A stretch of DNA of 64,000 nt from an uncultured Planctomycetia bacterium (GTDB taxonomy: Bacteria; Omnitrophota; Gorgyraeia; VGKH01; JBHPFN01), in the NCBI GenBank assembly GCA_964406665.1, contig CAYOSQ010000007.1, positions 11,364-75,363 of the forward strand. Reading direction: 5' to 3'. Shown piece by piece: positions 63,691 through 64,000 of the stretch. The notes below the pieces were generated by a model. That model ran no database searches. It saw only the letters and a list, made by a program, of their open reading frames with translations, and had not been told where the DNA came from. Positions within the stretch are counted from its first letter, which is position 1. The number at the start of each line of letters is the position of its first letter. The translations under genes were made by a program, and so were the position numbers.

Positions 63691-64000
63691 CTACTCGAAC
63701 ATTTTTATATCCAACACTTTTTGTTTTGCAGCTTCTTTTTTTGTAAATTTATCTATTCGCTTTCTATCAGCTCCTGCAATATCAAGAAAACAAACTGCAA
63801 CATAAAAACATCTTGGTAAATCCTTCTCCACCCTGACAACTTTTGCCAAGCATTGAATGGATTCTTTATCCGACGGTAAATCAATCTTCAACTCTAAGAT
63901 TGAGTCCTCTGGTGTCAAATAGCGTGACTCAAAAACTAAACCACCGGCACTAATATTAGTTGAGCTGGAAAATACATTCTTGAAATCTTTATCTTTAATT
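63691..64000 (-). CDS. PilZ-domain protein, C-terminal part; the ORF continues past the window end
   Basis: The reading frame is open to the window edge. ...STNISAGGLVFESRYLTPEDSILELKIDLPSDKESIQCLAKVVRVEK...YVAVCFLDI fits a PilZ beta-barrel pattern. The track ORF started at an internal TTG. Confidence 0.5.
   Translation of the reverse strand, partial: IKDKDFKNVFSSSTNISAGGLVFESRYLTPEDSILELKIDLPSDKESIQCLAKVVRVEKDLPRCFYVAVCFLDIAGADRKRIDKFTKKEAAKQKVLDIKMFE

Noticed and set aside
1-64000. CRISPR arrays, rRNA/tRNA genes, transposases, integrases, prophage genes
   Set aside because: No spaced direct-repeat array, no recognisable RNA gene, and no recombinase-like or transposase-like ORF was seen on either strand.
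1-64000. Horizontally acquired island boundaries
   Set aside because: By eye, base composition and codon style are uniform across the whole window, and no flanking tRNA, integrase or direct-repeat attachment sites are visible. Nothing supports calling an island from this sequence alone.

Overview
AT-rich (by eye roughly one-third GC) bacterial chromosomal window, almost entirely surface-glycan biosynthesis plus a type II secretion-like pilus operon. No rRNA, tRNA, CRISPR array, transposase or integrase was recognised. Layout: (i) 1-1599, fcl and gmd (GDP-L-fucose synthesis), minus strand. (ii) 1879-3154, a secreted trypsin-like protease and a small acidic protein, plus strand. (iii) 3161-34299, one ~31 kb co-directional minus-strand array of about 30 tightly packed or overlapping genes. 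It begins with a GbsR/MarR-like regulator and a fused ABC exporter. It contains four radical-SAM/SPASM enzymes, a two-subunit transketolase, an SDR, about seven methyltransferases, glf, a plant-type RGP/GT75 homologue, neuA/neuC/neuB, a KpsC/KpsS-like Capsule_synth protein, GT9, GT4, tandem-GT4 and GT2 transferases, and a Wzx-like flippase fused to a GT2. (iv) 34437-56883, a second module of polyprenyl-phosphate-sugar-dependent enzymes. It holds four Dpm1/GtrB-like GT2 synthases, a WecB-like epimerase, one GT87/DUF2029, two PMT_2/ArnT-like GT-C proteins (one TMTC-like with C-terminal TPRs), a B12-binding radical SAM, a membrane transglutaminase-like protein, an S41 peptidase, and two STT3/PglB-family oligosaccharyltransferase homologues. 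Of those two, one keeps the catalytic DxD-type motifs but reads WWPPG in place of WWDYG; the other is catalytically degenerate. (v) 56888-64000, a minus-strand T2SS-like operon: PilZ, gspF, gspG, I-, J-, K-like pseudopilins, a PilM-PilN-fusion GspL-like protein, a PilO/GspM-like protein and a TPR protein. The most novel-looking content is the STT3-like oligosaccharyltransferase module and the radical-SAM/transketolase sugar-tailoring subcluster. All calls rest on reading the translated ORFs; no database search was possible.
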